From a virus, in IMG/VR virus record IMGVR_UViG_3300019757_000093, positions 1 through 64,000 of that record: a DNA stretch of 64,000 bases; one strand, 5' to 3'. The position numbers and the translations under genes were made by a program. Shown here in pieces: positions 1 through 10,464 of this stretch (within the stretch, counting starts at the first letter, position 1; each line of letters starts with the position of its first letter). The notes below the pieces were generated by a model. The model was not told the DNA's origin and did not search any database. It saw nothing but the letters and a program-made list of their open reading frames with translations.

Positions 1-132
1 AACCCACACTTTTCCACCCAATTCTTGTGCATTTTTAAGTGCTTGTGCTGGTGTATTTGCAATAAACCCACGTGGAGCAGGTACGCCATGTTTTGCAAAT
101 AATTGTTTTGCTTGGTATTCATGTATATTCAT
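1..132 (-). CDS. sucC: Succinyl-CoA synthetase beta subunit, N-terminal 44 codons (runs off the window; not in ORF track)
   Basis: Manual translation from ATG at 132: [44 protein letters not shown], the characteristic SucC ATP-grasp N-terminus; starts 1 nt after the Nudix stop. Confidence 0.9.
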   Translation of the reverse strand, partial: MNIHEYQAKQLFAKHGVPAPRGFIANTPAQALKNAQELGGKVWV

Positions 133-133
133 T

Positions 134-880
134 TTATTGCCCTTCTATTCTAGTTAGAACTTCTTTAAGTTTATCTTCCGATACCAAAGCAGCTTCTTTT
201 ACATCCTTAAGATCACCAATCATTTGATTAACTATTTTTTTACCTTCTTCTTCTTGTTTAAGTAATTCTTTATTATAGTTATTAATATTCTCTAAAGCTT
301 CCATTGCTTTATATAACATATAATCTTTAATTGCACCAGCAGAACCTGCTTCCCAATTATTCTCTTCAAAAATTATTTCCAGTATATTCGACATATGAGT
401 TCTTCTTTCAACTATATCTTCCGAACTACCAAAATCAGTTTCACCTTTTGGTGTATCTTTTCCAATTACTGTTAAGAAATAATGAGCTGTTGCTCCATTA
501 GAACCAACCCCAGTTTTATATATTCCAGTTATAAATAAATTATTTGGATCTACTTCATAACCCAATTCTTCTTTAATTTCTTTAACCATAGTTTCTTGTG
601 GACTTAAGGCTGGATTATCTAATAATCCAGCACAGTTTTCATTTACAATACCTTTATTAGAATCGTCTCTATGAAGTACCGAAATTCTTACTTGTTGTAC
701 TGTAACGAACTCATCTGTATCTTTATCATAAATAACGCAATGAACTGAATCCATTGCTGGAGCTATTTCCCACTCTTTTATAGCTGGATCTTCTCCAATA
801 GTATAACTAATCTTTTGTGGTTTAATAAATTTGCTGTTTGTTAATTCCTCAACAGTTACTATCCTTACTTCTTTTAACAT
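134..880 (-). CDS. Nudix hydrolase (NDP-sugar/ADP-ribose pyrophosphatase-like) with C-terminal helical extension
   Basis: [14 protein letters not shown] and variant Nudix box [21 protein letters not shown]. Confidence 0.85.
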   Translation of the reverse strand: MLKEVRIVTVEELTNSKFIKPQKISYTIGEDPAIKEWEIAPAMDSVHCVIYDKDTDEFVTVQQVRISVLHRDDSNKGIVNENCAGLLDNPALSPQETMVKEIKEELGYEVDPNNLFITGIYKTGVGSNGATAHYFLTVIGKDTPKGETDFGSSEDIVERRTHMSNILEIIFEENNWEAGSAGAIKDYMLYKAMEALENINNYNKELLKQEEEGKKIVNQMIGDLKDVKEAALVSEDKLKEVLTRIEGQ

Positions 881-894
881 ATTTTTTTTCCTTT

Positions 895-1455
895 TTAATT
901 TAATTTATTTTTGGCAAATTTATATTTTGAATTTGAATTAAAATTAAAATTAGTTCTAAGAACTTCTATTTCTGAGAACTCTTTAAAATTATTTCCAAAA
1001 TTTGACCAGTTTATGGGTTTATTTGATCTAATAACTGTAAAGTTACCTTCGGTACTTTTAGTTCCAAGATAACCTAATTCTATATTATAACCTAAAACGA
1101 ACTCTGTTAAGCTTGTAATTTTACGAGTTGCCGCAATTCTAATATCCAAAATTGGATCTCTTATCTCTCCATAAATAATATACTCATTCTTAAAATTATG
1201 ATCGTTAAATGGTATTTTGCTAATAAATTTATGGTCTAATAAATCTACTAATCTATATATTTTTTGATGTTTATTTATATGAGATATTGAAGTTTGACGA
1301 GCTTGTTTTTTTGTAGTAACTACTGTTTCCCCTCGATGATTAACATCATAAACGGTAGTCGTCTCTATTACATATATTTTAGTCTCGTGTGCTTTATATT
1401 GAAGAATTACTTCTTCGCCAGTTAATAAATTTCTATTTTCTTTTAAGGTTACCAT
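895..1455 (-). CDS. hypothetical protein
   Basis: 186 aa ORF, operonic, GGGGA RBS. Confidence 0.7.
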   Translation of the reverse strand: MVTLKENRNLLTGEEVILQYKAHETKIYVIETTTVYDVNHRGETVVTTKKQARQTSISHINKHQKIYRLVDLLDHKFISKIPFNDHNFKNEYIIYGEIRDPILDIRIAATRKITSLTEFVLGYNIELGYLGTKSTEGNFTVIRSNKPINWSNFGNNFKEFSEIEVLRTNFNFNSNSKYKFAKNKLN

Positions 1456-2214
1456 TTATTCCCCCTTATTAAATCTAGAAAATCTATCCCCAGTTTGAAA
1501 GTTCAAAGATGGTATATTTCTAGTAATTTCATATGGGTTTATAAGTTCTACCTGATGGACCTCTTCATAATTATAATATTTAAAAAAATCAGGTATAGAA
1601 TTGCATGTATTTACTACACCATTCTTATATATTATATTTAAATTACTACAATCTTTTTCCTTTTTAGGTAACCTAGTTAATAAAAAGGCGGTTCTTAAGT
1701 GAGTATTATCTATAATTTTTAATCTTTTAAATTTTGATTTAGATACCTCCTCTTTAAAATTATCTGCATAAATACCAGATCTTTCCCATCTACAAAGGTA
1801 TTTATCATAGATTAAAGTTTCTACTTTTTCTTTTTTTAATAACTTGTAAAAAGCTTTTACTTCTGGTTTCCGTAAGAATTCTTTTTTCTTTTTCTTGTTT
1901 TTCATTTCTTTTTTTAATACTCTTTTTACATCTTTATCAATTTGTCTTCTCATTGAATCATCTATTTCTTTATCTTTAAAATAAGCTAAAAAATCGCTTT
2001 GAAGATGGTCATAATGCTGTCTAGCATCATCTAACCAATCGATCTCATTCAAAATTTTCTCCTTTTTTCTGTATTGGGATGATATCGTTTCATACGTATC
2101 ATCCTCTATAGTCTCAGGTATTTCTCTAAGAATCCTAGCATTTATCTGATTTTCTAAAAAATTACCAGCAATATCACCTATCTTATTTTTAATTTTATCA
2201 ATTAATTTAGGCAT
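1456..2214 (-). CDS. hypothetical protein (Lys-rich helical centre)
   Basis: 252 aa ORF, AAGG RBS. Confidence 0.7.
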   Translation of the reverse strand: MPKLIDKIKNKIGDIAGNFLENQINARILREIPETIEDDTYETISSQYRKKEKILNEIDWLDDARQHYDHLQSDFLAYFKDKEIDDSMRRQIDKDVKRVLKKEMKNKKKKKEFLRKPEVKAFYKLLKKEKVETLIYDKYLCRWERSGIYADNFKEEVSKSKFKRLKIIDNTHLRTAFLLTRLPKKEKDCSNLNIIYKNGVVNTCNSIPDFFKYYNYEEVHQVELINPYEITRNIPSLNFQTGDRFSRFNKGE

Positions 2215-2222
2215 ATTAAACC

Positions 2223-5200
2223 TTAATTAAAAGTTAAATAAGGAAATACTTTATTTATAGGGATTATAGAATGATAGCTATTTTTTAGGAATATTTTTTC
2301 TAGTCCTTCTTGAATAACTTCATTATCGGTTTCTATGTTTTCTATATTAAATAATACTGGTAAAGCATCTCCACCGGAAGATTGTAAATTTTTAAGATGA
2401 TTTAATAAAAGATAATCTTTTAAATGTTCTTTTTTTTCTTCTGGGGGTAATTGTCTTACTTCATTATGACTAACAATAATATCTAATTCTCCATAACAAT
2501 CTGTTTCCATATTAATATCAAATTCCATATATCTCTTTAATACCTTAACGGTATGTATTAAATATTTGAAATTTTCATTAAATCCCTCTATCTTATTATC
2601 TTTATATTGCTGAATAAGTTCATCGAAATATTCAGTTAATAACTCATCTGTAGTAATTTCATTTCCTTTTCTTAATAAAGAAGAATTCCATGTACTATGT
2701 AAGTCAATATCTTTTAAGAACGGAATATTATTAAACTTATTTTTTCTTAGACTAGGTCTTTCAATATCAATAGAAATATCTTCGGTAGATACTTTATCTA
2801 AAAACCTCAGTAATTCATTTTTAAAAAATTGTCCTCCTTTAAATTCTGGATGTTTTAATAAATTATTGATAGTATTATTATAAATGAATTCAATTATAGA
2901 TGAATAAGAATTAAATAATTTTATAATTTTTACTATATTACTATAATGAACTTCTTTTAATAACTCATCTGGTAATAAATCACATAACAATGATTTTACC
3001 CATGTACTTATTTTAGTATTCGGACCTAACCCAATATTTTTTAAATGATCTTCATTATAAATACTTATGAAATTAGTTACTATAGTATTCCCAAATTTAT
3101 TAGGATTATCTTTAAATAACTCTAATTGATTTAGCAATATTTCTTTTAATCCCATTGTAAAATTCCATATTGTTTTATAATTTTCTTCTATCTTTACACC
3201 AGAATTCATTTTATATGGATGTGGATGAACTTTTGGATTCTTTTTAAATTTAATTGAGTATATTTCGAAAGTATTATCATTAGCAGATATTCCATAATAA
3301 TTATTATCCCCAGTATTAAAATTATATCTAAATTTAGTATTTACTCTAAATGACATAAGAAAAGAACTATATTTTAATTCTAATTCTTTTTTTGTGTCCT
3401 CATCTTTAATTGCCTCCGAAAAATTGTCCGGCAATAATGTTTTAAAATTATTTAAAATACCAGTTAATAAATTAACTGGTTGGATATGATTATAATAATC
3501 CCAAAAATAATCGTAGTAAATACTTACCTTACTACCATTATTATTAACTAAAGTAGTTTCTTTACCATATTTATTAATATAGTTTTCTGGAAGAGTAAAG
3601 GTATACTGACCATTATTTTTTTCATTAGATAATTGGTTTTGATTAACCGTATTATTAATAGTGTACGTCACATCCCCAATATTTATATTTTTCCTTTCCT
3701 TATATCTAGTATAAGAACCTTCCGGTAAATGATCAAATAAATTAAATTTAACTGGGGCTAAACTAGTAATCCCGAGTTTATAAGATAGAATATTATTACA
3801 AATATCATGTACTAATTGAAGACTATCGTTTATTTTACTTTCCACTTGTCCCATAATATTGAAGGTATCCTCCGAGAAACTATCCATATTACATCTAAAA
3901 GAATCGTTTTGAATAATATTATTTAATAAATATGGAAGGGCCAATTTAGAGCTCTCGCAATACAGACTAAATCTTTCTTGGGCTTTATCTGAACTTATAT
4001 CTAATAAAGTATTTTCATTATTGAATTCTATTTCGCTAAAACCAGTATTAACTAAAGCCTCTAACTTCGTAAAAATTTCATTATTAACTGTAATATTTTT
4101 TAATACGTTTTTATTGATTCTTTTCTTATTAGTAATATTAATAAAATAATCTTTTAATTGCAATAATTCTAGATGGGTTTCATTATTTACCAACTCTCTA
4201 CTAAGGTTAATATTATCCAATAAGGCCATTACATTTATCTGATAAGCACTTAACGATTGTTCTTGATCAGATGCTTTTAATTCATTTATATATTTTTGGA
4301 AATTGTCAACTAACTTACTATTTAATTTATCTTCAAATTCTATTAAACATTTCATAAATAAAGGTCTTGGAATATAAGTAGTGCCTCCATTTATATATTC
4401 ATTTAAACTATTAAGAAAATCATTGCTATTTTCAATAAGATTTCTTTGGTATTTATGTCTTATCTTTCCTTTTACTAACTTTTCTCTAAGTTTATTAAAG
4501 GTTATAATAACTTTAGTTTTTGTAGTACGAGTAGCTTTTCTTTTAAATTTTTCTTTGGGAGTATTTAATAGTTCCTCGCAACTTTTATATAATAAAGAAT
4601 TTAATATAAATAATACACTAGCACTAGATTTATTAATATATAAATAATCGTTACTATAAATAGTATTATTATAATTACTATTACTAAATATGCTTGGAAT
4701 ATTATTTGAAAAACGTTCCTGTACCTTTAAAATAGTTTCTAATACGGGATAAGTCTCATCTATAGTAGTTAAGATTTCTTTAGTAAATAATAAACCATCC
4801 ATATTCTCGTTATTATTTGAATTAGAATAATAACGAGAATTACCAGTTAAATTTATAAGGCCAATTAGTTGTTCTATTAAATAAACTATAAATTCCTGAA
4901 TAATAATTTCTTCATTTTGCGAAGATATTTTTGGATCAATCCCAATAGATGAAGTATATTCTGGATATATTTTTTTAAGATTATTTAAACTAGTTAAATA
5001 ATTATTAATAATTATTTTCATATTTAAAGAGAAACCTTTTTTGAATTCCCAATTTGTTAAATTAACCCGACCATCTCTATTATATAAATATCTAGTTAAC
5101 TCTAATTCCAGTAAAATCTTTTGATTTTGTATATTTATAGTTTCTTTTAAAAAACCTTCAAAGGGAGTACTACCCTCAAACGTACTTAAATAATTTAAAT

Positions 5201-6362
5201 TAAAATAATTTCTAAAAGAGTTATTGGATTTATATACCTTAGTACCACAAGCTTCCAAAACATATCTAGTTTGATTTTGATTTTTCGTCATATTAGAACG
5301 AGTTCCTGAATGATGGTAAATTTTTAATTTTTCAAATATTTTATCCGAATTAAATTGAGTACAAGCTAGTTCTAACAATGGTTGTTCTTTAATTAATTCC
5401 ATTGCTACTGTTTCAGATCTATAAATAATTTTTTTTAATAAATATTCATTCATCGATACACTATACTTATCTATATTTTTATAAAATTTAGAGTTTGTTT
5501 GAATTTCCAAAGAATTATTTGTTAAATGAACCTCTTTTACTGCATATAATATAGTACTAATTAAATCAGTAAAAGGATTATTATTTGTATTTACTAAATA
5601 ATCTAAATTATCCGAAAAATATTTTAACATATCTTTAATAGTAATTTCAGTTGGTAATGTAAAATTAAAAGCAGTAACTCCAAAACTTGGAACCGTACTA
5701 TCTCTATAAAAATATTTTTTCATCTCTGGAAAATAAGTTTCTAGAATAGTTGAAAAAGAATCAATATTTAGAACTATATTTTCTCTATCAAATACAGTTT
5801 TCCCAATTTCATTAAAATAATCATCTAGTATTTCTGGTTCCAAAAAGATAGTTTTAACAACATCCACCATTTTAAATTGAATAGCCAATTTAACCTTTAA
5901 TTGATCTAAATAAATATCAATTAAAGGTTCTAATAAAGCATCAACTCTTTTCATTCTGGTTAAAGAAATTGTAGTATCAGTAGCTAATTTTATAATCTCT
6001 TTAAGAGTATTTTCATTTAGATATAACTCTGGATTAGATAATATTATTTGCTCTATATTTACCTGGGATACAAAAACTTCATTTCCTTTATCATTTCTAG
6101 TTAATAATAATTTACATAATAAACCAACTAAACCATGTTCAATATAACCAGAAGGTCCTGGATTAATATTTCCATAATTAATTCCTTCTTGAAAAACACC
6201 ATATCTAATAGAAGCTCTTTCTGGTTGATCTGAATCTTCTATATATTTTCTAAACTCCGGAATATGTTTTAGGGAATCTATTGAATTTCCACTTAGTACA
6301 TATGAGTTAACTATTCCTGGAATTTGACTTTCGTCCAATTCTGATAAAAATTTATTCATCAT
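2223..6362 (-). CDS. large helical hypothetical protein (~1379 aa)
   Basis: Long ORF; start moved from TTG 6413 to ATG 6362, which follows the genome-typical AAGGAAAAAAAG RBS. Confidence 0.8.
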   Translation of the reverse strand: MMNKFLSELDESQIPGIVNSYVLSGNSIDSLKHIPEFRKYIEDSDQPERASIRYGVFQEGINYGNINPGPSGYIEHGLVGLLCKLLLTRNDKGNEVFVSQVNIEQIILSNPELYLNENTLKEIIKLATDTTISLTRMKRVDALLEPLIDIYLDQLKVKLAIQFKMVDVVKTIFLEPEILDDYFNEIGKTVFDRENIVLNIDSFSTILETYFPEMKKYFYRDSTVPSFGVTAFNFTLPTEITIKDMLKYFSDNLDYLVNTNNNPFTDLISTILYAVKEVHLTNNSLEIQTNSKFYKNIDKYSVSMNEYLLKKIIYRSETVAMELIKEQPLLELACTQFNSDKIFEKLKIYHHSGTRSNMTKNQNQTRYVLEACGTKVYKSNNSFRNYFNLNYLSTFEGSTPFEGFLKETINIQNQKILLELELTRYLYNRDGRVNLTNWEFKKGFSLNMKIIINNYLTSLNNLKKIYPEYTSSIGIDPKISSQNEEIIIQEFIVYLIEQLIGLINLTGNSRYYSNSNNNENMDGLLFTKEILTTIDETYPVLETILKVQERFSNNIPSIFSNSNYNNTIYSNDYLYINKSSASVLFILNSLLYKSCEELLNTPKEKFKRKATRTTKTKVIITFNKLREKLVKGKIRHKYQRNLIENSNDFLNSLNEYINGGTTYIPRPLFMKCLIEFEDKLNSKLVDNFQKYINELKASDQEQSLSAYQINVMALLDNINLSRELVNNETHLELLQLKDYFINITNKKRINKNVLKNITVNNEIFTKLEALVNTGFSEIEFNNENTLLDISSDKAQERFSLYCESSKLALPYLLNNIIQNDSFRCNMDSFSEDTFNIMGQVESKINDSLQLVHDICNNILSYKLGITSLAPVKFNLFDHLPEGSYTRYKERKNINIGDVTYTINNTVNQNQLSNEKNNGQYTFTLPENYINKYGKETTLVNNNGSKVSIYYDYFWDYYNHIQPVNLLTGILNNFKTLLPDNFSEAIKDEDTKKELELKYSSFLMSFRVNTKFRYNFNTGDNNYYGISANDNTFEIYSIKFKKNPKVHPHPYKMNSGVKIEENYKTIWNFTMGLKEILLNQLELFKDNPNKFGNTIVTNFISIYNEDHLKNIGLGPNTKISTWVKSLLCDLLPDELLKEVHYSNIVKIIKLFNSYSSIIEFIYNNTINNLLKHPEFKGGQFFKNELLRFLDKVSTEDISIDIERPSLRKNKFNNIPFLKDIDLHSTWNSSLLRKGNEITTDELLTEYFDELIQQYKDNKIEGFNENFKYLIHTVKVLKRYMEFDINMETDCYGELDIIVSHNEVRQLPPEEKKEHLKDYLLLNHLKNLQSSGGDALPVLFNIENIETDNEVIQEGLEKIFLKNSYHSIIPINKVFPYLTFN

Positions 6363-7116
6363 CTTTTTTTCCTTTTTTTTCTCTATGGAAGCTAAAGCTT
6401 CGTGCTGCTTCAAATTTTAATATAGTTATAACTGGTTTTTGAATTAAATCTTCCTCATTTTTAAATTTAAAAAAACCAAAACCTTTTAATTTATCAAAAT
6501 CATTATAATCTAATAAACGACCGGCTTCCTGAAAATTTTGGGCATCTGAAAAACTAGAATAATCTGCCAATAAATTTTCTTGTGTAAATACATAAGAGAA
6601 ATGCTTTGTCAACATATTTTTAATTCTATAGGACGTAATAACAACTTTTCTTGCATCTAATAACTTTTCTAGATCTCCAGGAACTAGTGTATAGTCATTA
6701 ATACCTATATCATTTTTTTTCAAGAATTCCTCTAATTCTTTTTTAATAGTCTCAGCATCTAATTGACTTATAAATGGGTTAGGTCTGTTCGCCATTTTTA
6801 ATTTCATTAAAAAATATAATCTAATCATTAAGGAATCCACAAATTTATATGTGGTAGTAGCATTTAGATTCATTACTAAATAAATTCCATTTAGATCTAT
6901 CATACACGTAAAATCCATTTTACTTGGATTAGTACAGTCATTTAGAATTAATAAATCATTATAAGTTATTGGGGTATTATTAATAATTTTTTCGTATATA
7001 GGTTCCTCATGAACTCGAATTTCCTGTATAGGTGAACATAAAGCCCTTTTGTATTCATCATCTTGGACATTATTAGGCAAATACCTTGTACCGTTCTGTT
7101 GTAATATATTACTCAT
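6352..7116 (-). CDS. hypothetical protein
   Basis: 254 aa ORF, operonic. Confidence 0.7.
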   Translation of the reverse strand: MSNILQQNGTRYLPNNVQDDEYKRALCSPIQEIRVHEEPIYEKIINNTPITYNDLLILNDCTNPSKMDFTCMIDLNGIYLVMNLNATTTYKFVDSLMIRLYFLMKLKMANRPNPFISQLDAETIKKELEEFLKKNDIGINDYTLVPGDLEKLLDARKVVITSYRIKNMLTKHFSYVFTQENLLADYSSFSDAQNFQEAGRLLDYNDFDKLKGFGFFKFKNEEDLIQKPVITILKFEAARSFSFHREKKGKKDDE

Positions 7117-7124
7117 AATAAGCT

Positions 7125-7730
7125 CTATACTCTTGTACCGTATCTAAGGTAATGTCTTTTATATAATAATGGTAAATGTAAGAATAATATATTTAAAATC
7201 ATATTTCTAAAATCTCGGCCAGGAGTATCTCCTAATCCCCAATCTATAAAAATATTTATAATATAGGCTACTATTCCAAACATAGAAAATAATATACAAG
7301 CCATAAAAATTACATTTAATATTATTTTTAAAAAGGTAATACCATTATCATGATCAAATAAACTTCTAGTATAATTCAACATTCCACTATATACATTTCT
7401 CATTAATATTAAATACATAAGTACCTTAATATAAATTCTTTTAGAAAGAGACATTCTAGAAGGTATGAAATTATATCGTTCTTCTGATTGTGGATTATTA
7501 TCCACTAAATTTGGATTTCCTTCTCCTCCAATATTTAAAGTACTACCATCATTAATACCTCCATTTCTAGAAGCACGTCTTCTAGTATTAACTTGAGTTC
7601 CTCCTATATCCATTTCGTTTATAGGTTCTCCTCGTTCTCTTTGTCTTCGTGGAACAGCTTGTTGAGTTCTTAACGTTTCTTGTCTTGTTCTTCTCATGTT
7701 ACTAAAAAATTGTTTAATTTTTTCTATCAT
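7125..7730 (-). CDS. putative membrane protein
   Basis: Disordered R/N-rich N-terminus, 2-3 hydrophobic helices, AAGGA RBS. Confidence 0.7.
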   Translation of the reverse strand: MIEKIKQFFSNMRRTRQETLRTQQAVPRRQRERGEPINEMDIGGTQVNTRRRASRNGGINDGSTLNIGGEGNPNLVDNNPQSEERYNFIPSRMSLSKRIYIKVLMYLILMRNVYSGMLNYTRSLFDHDNGITFLKIILNVIFMACILFSMFGIVAYIINIFIDWGLGDTPGRDFRNMILNILFLHLPLLYKRHYLRYGTRV

Positions 7731-7765
7731 GTTATTTCCTTTTATAATTTAATTTAATTTACTGG

Positions 7766-7789
7766 TAGCTAGCTCACTATACTAAGCTA
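7766..7789. repeat. AGCT-rich dispersed repeat, short form
   Basis: TAGCTAGCTCACTATACTAAGCTA, identical to 60361-60384. Confidence 0.9.
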
Positions 7790-8434
7790 ACTATCCTTAG
7801 CTACCGTTTGTCGTACTTGGTTAATTCCTGGATAAGTATTAATATAATTATCCATTACTTGTACAAATCGTTTATCATTTAAACGACTTCTATTACTCAT
7901 TTCTTTACTATGTTTTTCTATAATAGTTTTAGCTTCTAGAATAACTTTAGAAGTATCTTCCATAAAACTATCAACTTTTCTACTTCTAGGATTATACATT
8001 TTTTTAACATCATGTATTTTTATAGTAACTACACCAGTCCCAGTTTTACCATTAAATGTTAAAGTACCTAATTCTTCATTGTACTCAAACTCCTTAATAA
8101 GAACTATTGTTTTCATTCCCATAGCATTCTTAGCTGCATAAGAAAACCAAATATCTTCTCGAAAATATTCTTTTCTCATATAAATTCTATCTACTATTTC
8201 TAATTGATCGAATACATCTTTAGGACAAGAAAAGTTAATAGCATTATTTCTCATTTCGTCTTGTAATAGATATAAATCTTCTCCTGAAGCATTATCCATA
8301 TTAGAATAATCTAATATAGTATCATGATCTAATCCATAATAATATGGTTTTGGAACTGGATTAAAAAGTGAGTCTGTATATAACTCAAACCGCCCAGTTA
8401 AATCGTATTGTTTCTTTTTATATTTTTCTCTCAC
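7787..8434 (-). CDS. hypothetical protein, paralog of 8650..9270
   Basis: Shared YYYGL, QDEMR, DIWF and ILEAKxIIEKHSKEMSNRSRLNDKRFVQV; GTG start with AAGGAG. Confidence 0.8.
   Translation of the reverse strand: MREKYKKKQYDLTGRFELYTDSLFNPVPKPYYYGLDHDTILDYSNMDNASGEDLYLLQDEMRNNAINFSCPKDVFDQLEIVDRIYMRKEYFREDIWFSYAAKNAMGMKTIVLIKEFEYNEELGTLTFNGKTGTGVVTIKIHDVKKMYNPRSRKVDSFMEDTSKVILEAKTIIEKHSKEMSNRSRLNDKRFVQVMDNYINTYPGINQVRQTVAKDS
7854..7944. repeat. 91-bp direct repeat, copy 1 (copy 2 at 8687-8777)
   Basis: 90/91 identical by manual alignment, offset 833. Confidence 0.9.
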
Positions 8435-8446
8435 TGGTTCTCCTTT

Positions 8447-8653
8447 TTATTTAATGCTCGCCACTACTAATAATAATTTAGATGATGTATTTTCATCACC
8501 TTTGACGAAATGTTTTTTAATTATCGGATAACTAGTCCCTTTTATAATAATACTAGAACTATTAATAAGTACCTGAACTTCTATATCCGTTAATTCAAAA
8601 GAATCTTTATTATTTGCTGGTCGATTATTTTTAGATATTTCTATCTTCATCAT
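8447..8653 (-). CDS. small hypothetical protein
   Basis: 68 aa, AAGGA RBS, ATGA overlap with upstream gene. Confidence 0.65.
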   Translation of the reverse strand: MMKIEISKNNRPANNKDSFELTDIEVQVLINSSSIIIKGTSYPIIKKHFVKGDENTSSKLLLVVASIK

Positions 8654-9270
8654 TTTTCCTTTTTACATTTATCTAAGAAAGAATCAATTACTTGTACAAA
8701 TCGTTTATCATTTAAACGACTTCTATTACTCATTTCTTTACTATGTTTTTCTATAATAGATTTAGCTTCTAGAATAATCTTCATAGAATTCTCTTCGTAA
8801 TAATCCTTTTCTGGTTTAATTGGATAATACATTTTTATAATATCATTAACTGATATTATTTTATTTGGAATAGTTGAATAATAGTTCCTAATTTCAACAG
8901 TACCATCTTCTTCCTTATAAATAAAATCTTTAATTAATCTAATACTACTAAAACCGTTTCGATCCTGATATTGATAAGCGAACCAAATATCTTTTTTTAG
9001 ATACTCCGCTTTGACTTGTATTCTTTTAACTTTTATTAATGCATCTCTAACTAGTTTAGTACAAGAAGTATTTGTAGTCAACTCTCGCATTTCATCTTGA
9101 TGATTAAAAGTGGTACCATTAGAAGAAGAACTACTATATATAGTTTCTCCCATTAATCCATAATAATAATCATCAGTATCAGGATATTTTCCATAATTAT
9201 ATTCATAAAAGAACTGTCCCGTATCGTCTAGTATATTTTGCTCTTTACTAAAGGGTGCTTTTGGATGCAT
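8650..9270 (-). CDS. hypothetical protein, paralog of 7787..8434
   Basis: Shared motifs as above. Confidence 0.8.
   Translation of the reverse strand: MHPKAPFSKEQNILDDTGQFFYEYNYGKYPDTDDYYYGLMGETIYSSSSSNGTTFNHQDEMRELTTNTSCTKLVRDALIKVKRIQVKAEYLKKDIWFAYQYQDRNGFSSIRLIKDFIYKEEDGTVEIRNYYSTIPNKIISVNDIIKMYYPIKPEKDYYEENSMKIILEAKSIIEKHSKEMSNRSRLNDKRFVQVIDSFLDKCKKEK
8687..8777. repeat. 91-bp direct repeat, copy 2
   Basis: Matches 7854-7944 with one mismatch. Confidence 0.9.
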
Positions 9271-9857
9271 TAATATTCCTTTCTTGTTTTGATATATTTG
9301 TCCATTCTATTTTTATAAAACCCCATTAAATGATCAAGATCATGGGACTCTAATATTCCTAGTTTTTGCTTATCTAATTTATATTCAAGATATCTAATTT
9401 TCTCAACAAAAGATCTTCCTATATTAACTCCATGTAAATCGTTATATTCTTGGATGGTTTCATTAAATGAAATAAAACTTCTTAAGAATTTCATAACTCC
9501 TAACATTTCTTCTATAGAATAGTCATTATGATAGGTACATAATTGAACACAATCATTCCCAAATCTAGTAAAATATTTTTCAACATCATTCAAAGAAAGT
9601 ATTCTCATATTAATTAGATTACTTGCAAAATTATAATGGAACTTCGAATCTTCCATCATAGTCTCCGTTATTTCTAATTGCTCGGTTACTCTTTCTTTTT
9701 CCCATTCCATATCGTTTAATAATTCTTCTAATTCTAGAATTTCATTTTCATAACTACTAAGATCAATTTTGTTTTTAAAATTAATCGTTCCTTTTAATTT
9801 TTCTAAAGATTCCTTTTTTCTAAAAAGGTATTCTTTAAAATGAGCCAGAGAATCCAT
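9270..9857 (-). CDS. hypothetical protein (N-terminal coiled coil)
   Basis: 195 aa operonic ORF. Confidence 0.7.
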   Translation of the reverse strand: MDSLAHFKEYLFRKKESLEKLKGTINFKNKIDLSSYENEILELEELLNDMEWEKERVTEQLEITETMMEDSKFHYNFASNLINMRILSLNDVEKYFTRFGNDCVQLCTYHNDYSIEEMLGVMKFLRSFISFNETIQEYNDLHGVNIGRSFVEKIRYLEYKLDKQKLGILESHDLDHLMGFYKNRMDKYIKTRKEY

Positions 9858-9858
9858 A

Positions 9859-10332
9859 TTAACCCCTATAGTTTTTTTCTTGGATCTGACTCTTAAATTG
9901 ATTTAAAATATTTTCTCCAAAGTTCCCATTACTAGTTAAAAACCTAATAGGATTCTGCTGGAACTCGGCCCATTTCTGATCATGTTCGATCGGCATAATA
10001 TAAGTATCTGTAATACAATCTCGAAAAGTATCAAAATTTACTCTATTACTAATATACTTATATAATATATTTAAATCTGTAAAATTTAAATACTCTATTG
10101 ATTTATTACTTTTTGGTCTTAGTAGTAAATCCATTTCATATGAAGGAACATCTATTTCTATATCCTCTATATCTAATACTTTTTCACCAGTACGTAATAT
10201 ATCACTTACACCTACAGTACTTAAAAAAACTCTACCATAAGTCATTACTATACTATCAGTATTTAGATATTCTAGTTCGGAACTATCTCCGTCTAAAGAT
10301 TTTACTCTTAATCTTTTACCTGGTACTAACAT
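9859..10332 (-). CDS. hypothetical protein
   Basis: 157 aa, AAGGAG RBS. Confidence 0.7.
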   Translation of the reverse strand: MLVPGKRLRVKSLDGDSSELEYLNTDSIVMTYGRVFLSTVGVSDILRTGEKVLDIEDIEIDVPSYEMDLLLRPKSNKSIEYLNFTDLNILYKYISNRVNFDTFRDCITDTYIMPIEHDQKWAEFQQNPIRFLTSNGNFGENILNQFKSQIQEKNYRG

Positions 10333-10357
10333 ACCATCTCCTTTATCTTATATTATT

Positions 10358-10448
10358 ATGGATATATTTTAATAATATTAATTGAAATATTATTACTAAA
10401 AAAAGACTGATTAAAAATATATCCATTAATGTTAATTTATCTAATATA
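10358..10448. promoter_or_regulatory. intergenic inverted repeats plus candidate early promoter
   Basis: ATGGATATATTTTAAT (10358-10373) vs ATTAAAAATATATCCAT (10410-10426); inner TAATAATATT/AATATTATTA (10370-10395); TATATTAGATA on minus strand from 10448. Confidence 0.45.
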
Positions 10449-10464
10449 CCTTCTATATTAGACA

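Noticed and set aside
6352-6413. Frameshift fusion between 6352..7116 and the large ORF at A-rich runs
   Set aside because: ATG at 6362 has the standard AAGGA RBS, so independent initiation explains the overlap
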